Part shown: one piece after another, positions 8,278 to 17,155 of the stretch
How positions within the stretch are numbered: the stretch's first letter is position 1
How the letters are laid out: every line of letters starts with the position of its first letter
NCBI GenBank assembly: GCA_035528235.1
Contig: DATKZB010000305.1
Coordinates: 1 to 54,610, forward strand
DNA from: Phycisphaerae bacterium
GTDB taxonomy: Bacteria; Planctomycetota; Phycisphaerae; FEN-1346
DNA: 54,610 nucleotides
Direction of reading: 5' to 3'
The notes under the pieces: generated by a model
What the model saw: the letters and a program-made list of their open reading frames with translations, nothing else
Told to the model about the DNA's origin: nothing
Databases searched by the model: none
Position numbers and translations under genes: made by a program

Positions 8278-10236
8278 TCGGCCCGCGTAAAGAGGGCCGG
8301 GTCGCCGGGCATCGCCGTCTCGGCCGGCGTCACGGGCGTGAAGACGACCTTGTCGCCGGCCACCTTGATTTTGCCGACGATGTAGCGGCGCTCGTTGTCG
8401 CTGGTCCCCAGAAGCGAGACGCGGCCCAGCGAGGGCTGGGAGAAGAAGCCGACGCGGACGTCGAAATCGCCCTCCAGGCCGGGCGGCACCGTGACCGTGA
8501 ACGGCCCCTCGACGTACTCGCCCACCGGCCACTTCGACGTGCCGGGGTCGGGCAGGTGGTCGTTCTGGAACTGGATGGCCGCACCCGCCGGGTCGGTGAA
8601 GTGCACGAAGACGCGCCAGTCGGCCTCGACGGTCTTCTCGACCGCCCAGCGATAGGTAATCCGGAACGTGCGGCCGCCGGCGGTCTTGACCTCGGCCGCC
8701 TTGGGGGCCACGGCCACCGCCTCGGCCTTGCCCGACCACTGCTTCCAGTACAGGTGCGGCGGGATGCTATGGTAGTTGAGCGGCCGGCCGATGCCGACGT
8801 GGTCCAGCACGTACTCGGCCGCCTGGTTGATGTCGTACCCATACTTGCCATACATGGCGATACAATCGCGGTAGACCATCTCGAAGAGCGGCACGGGCGC
8901 CGCACCCAGCGCGTCCAGCAGTCCCTTATTGTGGTAGTAGGAGCCGCTGACGCCGGTGAGCCCCTCGAAGAAATCGGCGTGCGGCACGGCCCACTCGCGC
9001 CCGCACTCGCTGCCGAAACTGCCGAAAACCTCGCGGGCGTAGTCCGAAAGGGCCTGCTTGTACTTCATGTCGTCGGCGCGGGTAAGCGGGTGCTCCTTCG
9101 AGAAGCATTCCTGGAGGCCGGCGGCGTAGGTCGTGTCGATGAAGTAGGAGTCGGCGCCCGAGAGTTTCTCGACCGCCGCGAGGTTCTGCGGTCGCTTCGC
9201 CAGGTCGACCGCCCGCCGGGCACAGGTGATGTACGCGCGTCCGCCCGCCCACCGGCCGCCGACGGTGGGCTTGCCGTCCGGGTTCCTCTGGAGGCAACTC
9301 TCGTCCCACGAGGGCGAGTCGCGGTAGATGTCCTGGTAATTGTCGTGCAGCGACAGGATGTACCCGAGTTCTCGGACGCGTCGGCAGCAGCGGGCGAAGG
9401 CCTCGTCGCCGCCGCACTCCGGCGCCGTCGGCAGGACGTCGGGATGCTGGTTGTCGTAGCCGCGATGGATCCACCCGCCCATGATGAAGAGGACCCGCTC
9501 CAGCGCGAGGTCCCGCTTCAGGTGCTCGGCAATCTGGCGGGCCTCGTCGAACGTCCAGTTGACCCGGTGCGATTCCTCCTGGGTGCTCTCGTCGTTCATC
9601 TGGCGCGACAGGGTAGACTAGAGTTTGAAGTTGACCGCGCCGAAGTATTTGGCCCGGTCGGCGTGCCCTTTAAGTTTCTCGTCCCAGGTGACCAGCCAGC
9701 CGCGCTCGCGGGCCACCTCGCGGTACGCCGCGGCGATGAGATTGTAGTCGCCCTTGCCCAGAAATGCGACCCGCGCCGCCCGGGCCGACTTGCGGAGCAC
9801 CAGCGACAGCCCCAGCACCTGCCGGCCCAGGTAGTAACCCGTGCCATCGGCACGGCTCACCTCGGCCACGACGTACGGGTCGTCCCACGTTACCAGGGCG
9901 GCCGCGCCGGCCTTGACGATGCCCACCATCGCCATGTGGCAGCCCTCGTAGGCGTACGTGTCGAAGGCGTGGCGGACGGGGCGGGTACCCTTGGCCGGAA
10001 TCAACAGGCCCTCGCGGACCGGCACGACGACGTACCCCTGGTCCGCGCCGCTGGTGGTCCAGAGGGCCTCGTCAAGCAGGCGGATGTGTTCGACGGAAGC
10101 GGGGTCGGCGGCGTCCCAGGCGAAATCGAGGGCCTTGCCACCCGGGGCCGCCGCAACGGTCACGCGGACCCACGCGTCGGGCTTCTCGGGGACGGGACGG
10201 AAGGTCAGTTCGAGCGCGCTACCGTCTTTTTTTTTT
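8253..10236 (-). pseudogene. Interrupted TIM-barrel glycoside-hydrolase-like gene (tentatively DUF5696-like), read as two ORF pieces
   Basis: The pieces are 9618..10163 (frame open back to the A-run at 10227..10236) and 8253..9599. They are in the same frame, separated only by TAG (9618..9620) plus 6 codons. There is no SD before the Met at 9599. The upstream continuation lies in the -1-related frame of ORF 10205..11788. The GWIHRGYDNQHPDVLP...LHDNYQDIY motifs look like a sugar-hydrolase barrel (recalled, low certainty). Confidence 0.6.
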
Positions 10237-11788
10237 CGGCGTCACAGGGGCCCAAGACGAGGTCCTGGGCCTTGCCGTCGACCGTCATGCGGACGCGCCC
10301 GAATCCCCCCTTCCGGCCGTCGGAGCACCACGTCACGCCTCCCGCCCGGTCGGCGATTCGGTACCCGCCCGTTTCCGTGCGGACGGTGAACTCCAGGTCG
10401 GCGGTCTGGAGCGAGGCGGGCCCGGCCGCGCCGGCCGGGCCGGCTTCGCCCTTGGCGCCGGCGGCCTTCTTCGCCTTCAGGGCCTCGCGGAGCGACCGGC
10501 TCATGTAGGGCGGCTGGTGGCGGGTCATCTCGGCCAGGAGTTTAAAGAACCCGTACTTGCGGAGGCTCGAGATGCCCCAGTCGACCGGCACGCTCTGGTA
10601 CCCCTCGCTGAAGCCCTCTTCCTTCTTCCGGAAGTCGAAGAACCCCCAACCGGCGTACTCGCTGACAGCGGCAATCATGTTGTTGTCGGGCTGGTCGAAG
10701 TCGTAGTGATCGTCTTCGTTGAAGAGGATGGGCTTCTCATTGCCGCCCATCCGCTTGCGGGTGGCCTGGACCATGCGTCGGATGCCGGCGGGCTCGCCGA
10801 CACCGTTGCCGTGCAGCAGGACGAAGTCGCCGGCCCGGACGATGTCGTTCGGCGGCAGGGCCCCGCCGCCCATGCTCACGCTCACCAGCAGCCGCCCGGC
10901 CGGGCTCTTGACCTTGCCCTCGCTGCGTTTCTGGACGAGTTCGATGAGTTCCTTGACGCGTTGCTGGGTGAGGATGGCGTGGTCGTACTGGCGGACGTTG
11001 CACTCGTTGCAAATCTCCACCAGGACGTTCGTGTACTTTTTCTCGATGAGCCAGTCGGTGGCGTCCTCGGTGGCCCGGATGACCGACCGTTCATCCCAGA
11101 TGCGCTCATCCTGACCGAAGTAGAAGTACCCCAGGATGACCACCATGCCGAGTTCGTCGGCCTTGTCGATGATGCTCTCCAGCCGCGCCAGGTAATCGGC
11201 CCGCAGGCGGCCGTCGGCCTCGAACGCCGAATGGTGCCACGGCTGGACCGCGCTGTACCCCTCGGGGCTCCCGCCCTGGAGGTTGATCGTAAAGGCCAGC
11301 AGGCCGTGCGCCCGCCACGTGGGCATGGCCCGGATAAACTCGTGCGTGTTGCGCTCGGCGTCCCACGGCCCGTCGGGGTACTTCCAGCGCGAGCGCGTCT
11401 CGGGGTTGCGGTCGTCGAAGACGCCCTGCACCAGGCGGGCGTTCATCAGCAGGCCTTCGATCTTGTACTGCTTGTCTTTCGGCGCGCTGCGGGGCCAGCC
11501 GCGGCCCGGATACGTCGGCCTCTCGTTAATCTGGAAGGCGTTCTTGGCGATGCTGACCGTCGTCTTCCGCTGCATTTCCGGGTCCTCCAGCAGCGTCTGG
11601 TCCACCGTCACGGGGGCCTCTTCGGCCGGGGGCTTCCCGCCCGGCTTAGCAGGCGGCGCGGTCGCGGCAGGCTGAGGCGGCCTGGGAGGAAGCGGCCCCG
11701 GCGGCCTGCCCGCCCAGCACGGTTCCCCGGCCAGCAGACCGCACGCCAGGACTATCCCAGCCGCAAGCCATACCCGTGAGCAACACAT
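10205..11788 (-). CDS. Secreted GH5-like (cellulase-family TIM barrel) glycoside hydrolase whose ORF runs on into the N-terminus of the downstream module
   Basis: Start at ATG 11788 (MCCSRVWLAAGIVLACGLLAG, a signal peptide). VLVEICNECN resembles the GH5 NE acid/base motif. There is no stop before the linker KAKKAAGAKGEAGPAGAAG and a beta-rich segment that ends just after the A10 run. Confidence 0.65.
   Translation of the reverse strand: MCCSRVWLAAGIVLACGLLAGEPCWAGRPPGPLPPRPPQPAATAPPAKPGGKPPAEEAPVTVDQTLLEDPEMQRKTTVSIAKNAFQINERPTYPGRGWPRSAPKDKQYKIEGLLMNARLVQGVFDDRNPETRSRWKYPDGPWDAERNTHEFIRAMPTWRAHGLLAFTINLQGGSPEGYSAVQPWHHSAFEADGRLRADYLARLESIIDKADELGMVVILGYFYFGQDERIWDERSVIRATEDATDWLIEKKYTNVLVEICNECNVRQYDHAILTQQRVKELIELVQKRSEGKVKSPAGRLLVSVSMGGGALPPNDIVRAGDFVLLHGNGVGEPAGIRRMVQATRKRMGGNEKPILFNEDDHYDFDQPDNNMIAAVSEYAGWGFFDFRKKEEGFSEGYQSVPVDWGISSLRKYGFFKLLAEMTRHQPPYMSRSLREALKAKKAAGAKGEAGPAGAAGPASLQTADLEFTVRTETGGYRIADRAGGVTWCSDGRKGGFGRVRMTVDGKAQDLVLGPCDAEKKKTVARSN
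10227..10236 (-). other. A10 homopolymer (coding strand) creating an A_AAA_AAG heptamer in the zero frame
   Basis: The coding strand reads GAC GCC GAA AAA AAA AAG ACG GTA GCG CGC TCG AAC TGA. A -1 shift reads ...AAA AAA GAC GGT AGC GCG CTC GAA... and joins the frame of ORF 9618..10163. Confidence 0.9.
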
Positions 11789-12091
11789 AGCCGTTCGCCT
11801 TTCCCCATGACCCGCCACGCGCGTTCGGAAACCGGGCCTACACCACCGCCGCCGCCGCGAGCCATCGGTCCCCGCCCGCGGCCAACCAGGAAGTACATCG
11901 GACCCTCGTTGACTGAAACCCGGTCGGCCCCCCCCCCGGTTTCCCAAAATCCGGTCTTGACAGTCCCCTCGGCGGGTGGTAGCCAGATGCCCATTGCACG
12001 CCCGGCCCGTGCTTCGCCGCCGCCTGTCGGCGGGGAACCCGTGGCGGCGTGCCGCCTGGGAGGCGTCGTGGCCCGATATCGCAGCCCGCTG

Positions 12092-12790
12092 ATGGTGCCG
12101 TCCGCAGCGCGGCAGGGCCTGGCTGCCTTGGCGGCCGTGGCGGCCCTGGCGGCGTGCGGATGCGGGGGGCCGCCGTCCGATTCCGCCCTGTCCGATTCTG
12201 CCGCGCCACCGGCGCCGGCCCCCGACGCCCCCGCCCGGCCCGCCGTTCTGCTGATTCAGGGATGGTACCGGACCCAGGACGGCCGGCCCATCGGCCGCGG
12301 GGCGGTTCTGGCCAGCCATCGGGAGGGCGAGCGCGGCTACGAATTGTACGGCCGGAGCAGCGGCACCCTTGCCCTGTGGCTGGGCGACGGCCGACAGCCG
12401 CGCGAGGTCGTATCGCCCCAGGTCTACACCGAGAGCGGCCAGTGGGTCTACTTTGCCGTCTCTTTCGCGGGGACCGACGAGGCCGACGACGCCGCCCCGA
12501 CCAAGCCCGGCCGCATCGCCTTCTACAAGGGCACCGACAGGACGCCGGTCCGCCTGGCGCACCAAGCCGCCGTCGAGTGGGCCGTGCCGCGCGACCTGCC
12601 CGGAGAAGTCTCCATCGGCGCCCGGGCCGACGGGTCCAGGGCCTTCGCCGGGAACCTGAAGGGCCTGCGCGTCATGGCCGGGACGCTGGGTCCCGACCTG
12701 GCGTCCATCGAGAAACGCCGCCGCGACGACCTGGCCGACGACCGGCTCGGGCCGCCCGACCGGTCTCCCGGGACCCGTTCCCCCGATTAA
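12092..12790 (+). CDS. LamG/concanavalin-like domain lipoprotein
   Basis: Start chosen at ATG 12092 (MVPSAARQGLAALAAVAALAACG lipobox). The SGQWVYFAVSF...AFAGNLKGLRVMAG pattern is typical of Laminin_G_3 proteins (recalled). Confidence 0.65.
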   Translation: MVPSAARQGLAALAAVAALAACGCGGPPSDSALSDSAAPPAPAPDAPARPAVLLIQGWYRTQDGRPIGRGAVLASHREGERGYELYGRSSGTLALWLGDGRQPREVVSPQVYTESGQWVYFAVSFAGTDEADDAAPTKPGRIAFYKGTDRTPVRLAHQAAVEWAVPRDLPGEVSIGARADGSRAFAGNLKGLRVMAGTLGPDLASIEKRRRDDLADDRLGPPDRSPGTRSPD

Positions 12791-12915
12791 CCCTACAGCG
12801 CCACTTGTCGCGCGGCGGCCTTCCCAGGCCGCCGCGATCGGGCCTGACGCATGTTCCTGGCGGCCTAGGAAGGCCGCCAGGCGGGAGGAAGTGGCGAATT
12901 GGCGATGTAGGATTG
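12791..12915. repeat. REPIN-like family C element (two hairpins, GTAG-type ends)
   Basis: Hairpins gcgcggcggccttcccaggccgccgcg (12810..12836) and cctggcggcctaggaaggccgccagg (12856..12881). The ends are ccctacag and atgtagga. A near-identical inverted copy lies at 15861..15966, with relatives at 19221..19270, 38480..38554 and 28632..28661. Confidence 0.85.
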
Positions 12916-12967
12916 ACATGGTTGAACCGCAACCTACACAGGAAACCTTGAAAGGGAGTCGTCACAC

Positions 12968-15859
12968 ATGTCCAAGCAGCAGCGAAGCGAGTTGAAGACG
13001 GCGTTGGGTCGCCTGGTGGACCGCCGTAACCACTTGGCCGAACGCATCCTGGCGGAACTCGAGTTCGTCGAGGGCCTGGCGTCGCTTCATCCGACCAAGG
13101 CCGCGCGATGGACCCGCCTGGCCGACCAGGCCGCCGGCGTCGTCGCCAAGGCCCTGGCCTCCGGCCGCCTCGACCGTCTCGACAAGGCCGTCGGGGACGC
13201 CGAGGCGATTCTCGCGCCCGTCGGCAAGACGGCCAAGACCTACACGATCCACTGCGTCGGCCACGCGCACATCGACATGAACTGGATGTGGTCGTGGGCC
13301 GAGACGGTGGCGTGCGCCAACGACACGTTCCTGACGATGCTGAAACTGATGGACGAGTTTCCGGACTTCTGTTTCACGCAGAGCCAGGCGTCGGTGTACG
13401 CCATCCTGTGCGACTATAACGCCGAGAGGCTCGAGGCCGTCCGCCGCCGCGTCGCCGAGGGGCGGTGGGAGGTGGCCGCGTCGCACTGGGTCGAGGGCGA
13501 CAAGAACATCGCCGCCGGCGAGGCACTGGCCCGGCACCTCCTGTACACCCGCCGGTTCATCAAGGAGACGCTGGGCCTGGAGGCCGACGACGTCCTCATC
13601 GACTGGTCGCCCGACACCTTCGGCCACGCCCACACCATTCCGACGATCAACTCGCGCGGCGGCGTGCGCCACTACTACATGTGCCGCGGAGGCGCCGACC
13701 CCAAGCCCCCCGTCTTCTGGTGGCAGGGACCCGACGGCGCCCGCATCCTCGTGAACCTGGAGACCACCTGGTACAACGATCACATCGGCCCGCACAACGC
13801 CCAGGCCATGCTGGCCTTCTGCGCGAGGACCGGCATCCGGGACTGGATGAACGTTTACGGCGTGGGCGACCACGGCGGCGGACCCACCCGGCGCGACATC
13901 CTCCGGGCCATCGACATGAATACCTGGCCCATCTTCCCGGCGTTCCGGTTTTCGACGACCCGCCGGTACTTCCCCCTTCTCGAAAAGCACGCCCAGGCCT
14001 GGCCCGTTCTCGACGGCGAACTCAACTTCGAGTTCACCGGCTGCTACACCTCCCAGGCCGCCATCAAGCACGCCAACCGTTTCGGCGAGAACTACTGCCT
14101 GGAGGCCGAGGCCGCCGCCGCCGTCGCCCGCCGGGCCGTCGGACGGCCCGTGCCCGCCGAGGCCATCCGCGAGTCGTGGATCAACACCCTCTTCGGCCAC
14201 TTCCACGACATCCTGCCCGGCTCCGGCAACCGGATGACGCGCGAGTGGCAGATGGGCCTCTTCCAGCGGACCACGGCCGCCACCGGCATCATCAAGACCG
14301 AGTCGCTTCGGGCCATCGCCGCCCAGGCCGACACCTCGTTCGCCGGCCAGGCCGCTCCGCCCGACGAGACGCCCGACCGGGCCGGCACAGCCATCGGCGG
14401 CGGCCCCGGGCGCGGCACGATGCTGGGCGGCGTCACCACGGCCGGCCACGTCACCCACGGGCCGCGCGCCTTCCTCGCCTTCAACCCCACCGCCTGGCCG
14501 CGCAACGAAATCGTCACGGCCACCCTTTGGGACGTCGAGACCGGCGAGCCGGGCGCCGCCAAGAAGACGTTCGTCGTCCACACGCCCGATGGCAAGACGC
14601 TGCCCGCCCAGCGGACCGCCGACGGCGGCTACTGGGGCCATCAGTACGTCGACGTGGCCTTTCCGGCATCGGTCGGCGCCCTGGGATACGCGGCCTGCGC
14701 CGTCGCGGAAGGCGACGCGCCGGCGCCCAAGGGCGGCGTGACGTGCGGCGGCGGATTCCGCGGCGGCGAACAGCAGCCCGTCGGCGACTTCACCCTTGAG
14801 AACGAGCACCTCGCCGTCGCCTTCGACCGGCAAACGGGCGGCATCGTCCGACTCCTCGACAAGGCCACCGGCCGCGACCTCGCATCGCCCGACGCCCCGC
14901 TGGCCCTGCTGGAATACGTCCTCGAGCGGCCGCGCGGCATGTCGGCGTGGGTCCTGGGCGACCCGAAGGAGCAGCGGTGCCCGCTGGCGCTGGACGCCTT
15001 CGGACCGGGCCTCGCGGGGCCGTACGTCGCCTCGATGGTCGCCAAACTCAAGGTCAACCAGTCCGACGTCAAGGTGACGTACACGCTGAGGGCCGGGCAG
15101 GGGCAACTCGACGTCGCCGTCGAGGCCCACTGGGTCGAGATCGGCGGCAAGGAGACGGGCGTGCCGGCGCTGCGCATGCGGTTTCCGCTGGCGCTGGCGG
15201 CCGCCAAGGCCCGATACGAAATCCCCTTCGGCAGCATCGAGCGCGACCTGAACCGCGGCCAGGAAGTGCCCGCCCTGCGATGGGCCGACGTCACCGGCAA
15301 GGCCCCCGGCGGGGCCCGAGGCGGGATGGCCCTCTTGAACGACTCCAAGTATGGACATTCGCTCGATGGCTCGACGCTGCGGCTGACCCTCATCCGCTCG
15401 ACGTACGAGCCCGACCCCCTGCCCGAGGTCGGCGACCACGCCATCCGCATGGCCCTCGTGCCGCACGGCAAAGACCTGCCGGTAGCCGACCTGGTGCGGC
15501 TGGGTGCGGCGTTCAACCACCAGCTGCTGATCGTGAGCACCGACGTCCACGCCGGCCGGTTGCCGGCGACCGCATCGGCCGTCGCCGCGGCGCCCACCAA
15601 CGTCGTCGTATCGTCGGTCCGCGCGGCGCAGGACGACGACGCCGTCATCATCCACCTCTTCGAGACCGCCGGCAAGAAGACCGCCGCCAAGGTCACGCTG
15701 AACGCCGACCTCCTGGGCACGCCGGCCGACGCCGTTGAGGTGGACCTGCTGGAGCGGCCCGTCGAAAAGCCCACCGCCAAGGCGGCGCCCGGCGGGTTTC
15801 AGGTAACGGTGCCCGCCCGCGGCATCGCCGCCGTCAAGGTGAGGTTCCGTGAGGCCTAA
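12968..15859 (+). CDS. GH38 alpha-mannosidase
   Basis: 963-aa ORF with the HAHIDMNWMW, WVEGD and SPDTFGH motifs of the GH38 N-terminal domain, and a long C-terminal beta-rich region. Confidence 0.9.
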   Translation: MSKQQRSELKTALGRLVDRRNHLAERILAELEFVEGLASLHPTKAARWTRLADQAAGVVAKALASGRLDRLDKAVGDAEAILAPVGKTAKTYTIHCVGHAHIDMNWMWSWAETVACANDTFLTMLKLMDEFPDFCFTQSQASVYAILCDYNAERLEAVRRRVAEGRWEVAASHWVEGDKNIAAGEALARHLLYTRRFIKETLGLEADDVLIDWSPDTFGHAHTIPTINSRGGVRHYYMCRGGADPKPPVFWWQGPDGARILVNLETTWYNDHIGPHNAQAMLAFCARTGIRDWMNVYGVGDHGGGPTRRDILRAIDMNTWPIFPAFRFSTTRRYFPLLEKHAQAWPVLDGELNFEFTGCYTSQAAIKHANRFGENYCLEAEAAAAVARRAVGRPVPAEAIRESWINTLFGHFHDILPGSGNRMTREWQMGLFQRTTAATGIIKTESLRAIAAQADTSFAGQAAPPDETPDRAGTAIGGGPGRGTMLGGVTTAGHVTHGPRAFLAFNPTAWPRNEIVTATLWDVETGEPGAAKKTFVVHTPDGKTLPAQRTADGGYWGHQYVDVAFPASVGALGYAACAVAEGDAPAPKGGVTCGGGFRGGEQQPVGDFTLENEHLAVAFDRQTGGIVRLLDKATGRDLASPDAPLALLEYVLERPRGMSAWVLGDPKEQRCPLALDAFGPGLAGPYVASMVAKLKVNQSDVKVTYTLRAGQGQLDVAVEAHWVEIGGKETGVPALRMRFPLALAAAKARYEIPFGSIERDLNRGQEVPALRWADVTGKAPGGARGGMALLNDSKYGHSLDGSTLRLTLIRSTYEPDPLPEVGDHAIRMALVPHGKDLPVADLVRLGAAFNHQLLIVSTDVHAGRLPATASAVAAAPTNVVVSSVRAAQDDDAVIIHLFETAGKKTAAKVTLNADLLGTPADAVEVDLLERPVEKPTAKAAPGGFQVTVPARGIAAVKVRFREA

Positions 15860-16970
15860 TCCTATACAACACGGCTTCGTTACTTCATGCCGCCTGGCGG
15901 CCTTCCTAGGCCGCCAGGAACATGCGCCGGGCCTGATCGCGGCGGCCTGGGAAGGCCGCCGCGCGATAGGTTGCGTCGCAGGCCTGCTCCTGCTCGCGGC
16001 GCTGGGCGCGGCCGCGCCGGCGGAAGAGGCGCCGGCCGTCGCCGTGACGGTGTCGCGCGTCGGGCCCGACGTGCCGGCGTGTCCCGGCGAGGCGGTGCCG
16101 CTTCGCCTGGCGCTGGTGAACCGCACGGGCCGGCCCGTCATGCTGCCCGACTGGGAACTCTTTGCCGAGATGATCGACGTGGCCGTCCGCATCGCCGACT
16201 TCCCCGGCGCCGGCGGCGAGGCCGCCCCCGACCGGCCAGCCAGCCTCTGGGAGGGCCGGCCGTTTCAGAAGCGCGATTTCCGGGCCCTGGCGCCCGGCGA
16301 AACGATTATCGACCGCGCCGCAACGCCCGTGCTTCCGGGCAAGATGCGCGTGACCGTGACCCTGTCCAACCCGCTCGACACCTACCGCTCGCTGACCGAC
16401 GGCAAGACCCTGCGCATCGAGAACGGGTGGAAAGGCCTGGCCCAGGCCGCGCTGACGGTCGACGTGACGGCGGCCGAGTCGCCCGCCATGAAGGTCCGCT
16501 ACGCCGACTATCGCGAGCGTCTGGCCGACCCGCTGGTGCCGGCCGAACAAAAGGGCCGCCTGCTCGACGCCGTGGCCCGCGAGGGGCATTACCTGGCGGC
16601 CCGGTTCCTCCGCCAGGCGGCCGCGAACCTTCGGCCCGGGCCGATGCGCGACGCCGCCATCGACGGCCTGCTGCGGCTGGCCAAGGCCGGCCCCGGCTAC
16701 GAACACATCCCCTGCCTGCTCCAGGCCCTGGGCGACCCGAACGTGGCGCAGCCCCAACGCGAGCAGTTGCTGGCGTGGGCCGCCGAGTCGCTCATCCGCA
16801 AGGGACGCCTCAGCGTTGCCGACCAGGCCGACTACACCTGGCCCGACGCCCTTCAGCGCACGGCACGCGAGGCCATCGAGAGCGCGACCAAGGACCGCAA
16901 CCCGTACTTCGCGGCCCGGGCCCGGGAAGCACTCAAGCAAGAGGCCCGGGCGATCGCGCCGCCGCCCTGA
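15849..16970 (+). CDS. Secreted HEAT/ARM-like repeat protein; start uncertain
   Basis: A credible hydrophobic signal-like segment (GCVAGLLLLAALGAAAPA) begins near 15969. The only in-frame ATG/GTG/TTG upstream is GTG 15849, inside the GH38 3' end, so the REPIN would be translated. The C-terminal helical repeats (LLRLAKAGPGYEHIPCLLQALGDPN) look HEAT-like. Confidence 0.55.
   Translation: MRPNPIQHGFVTSCRLAAFLGRQEHAPGLIAAAWEGRRAIGCVAGLLLLAALGAAAPAEEAPAVAVTVSRVGPDVPACPGEAVPLRLALVNRTGRPVMLPDWELFAEMIDVAVRIADFPGAGGEAAPDRPASLWEGRPFQKRDFRALAPGETIIDRAATPVLPGKMRVTVTLSNPLDTYRSLTDGKTLRIENGWKGLAQAALTVDVTAAESPAMKVRYADYRERLADPLVPAEQKGRLLDAVAREGHYLAARFLRQAAANLRPGPMRDAAIDGLLRLAKAGPGYEHIPCLLQALGDPNVAQPQREQLLAWAAESLIRKGRLSVADQADYTWPDALQRTAREAIESATKDRNPYFAARAREALKQEARAIAPPP
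15861..15966. repeat. REPIN-like family C element, inverted copy
   Basis: The reverse complement matches 12808..12915 with only a few spacer mismatches over about 80 nt. Hairpins lie at 15893..15918 and 15938..15964. Confidence 0.85.
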
Positions 16971-17010
16971 CGCCCGGGCATCGTTTAGAGCGTCTTGAGA
17001 TTGAGTCTTT

Positions 17011-17088
17011 GCGCGGTGGGTCCCCGTACCCACCGCGCCAGGGCACACGTCTTGCGGCGAGCGCGGCGGGTGCGGGGACCCGCCCCGC
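17011..17088. repeat. REPIN-like family B doublet
   Basis: gcgcggtgggtccccgtacccaccgcgc (17011..17038) and gcgcggcgggtgcggggacccgccccgc (17061..17088). A family-A-like unit, gtagccgcgggcggtacgcccgcgcc, follows near 17113. Confidence 0.8.
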
Positions 17089-17155
17089 AAACACGCAAAG
17101 TTAAACCGCTGTAGCCGCGGGCGGTACGCCCGCGCCTTCGGCGCGCGCACCGACG

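Noticed and set aside
9618-9620. Programmed recoding of TAG (pyrrolysine or suppressor read-through)
   Set aside because: No pyl genes or other supporting context are visible. TAG is used as a normal stop elsewhere in the window (for example 44504 and 53369). A TGG-to-TAG nonsense mutation or a sequencing error is more parsimonious.
11789-12919. N-terminal 377 codons of ORF 10205..12919
   Set aside because: This part is Arg/Gly-rich junk that runs through a REPIN and overlaps the plus-strand LamG lipoprotein gene. A signal peptide with a plausible start begins at ATG 11788.
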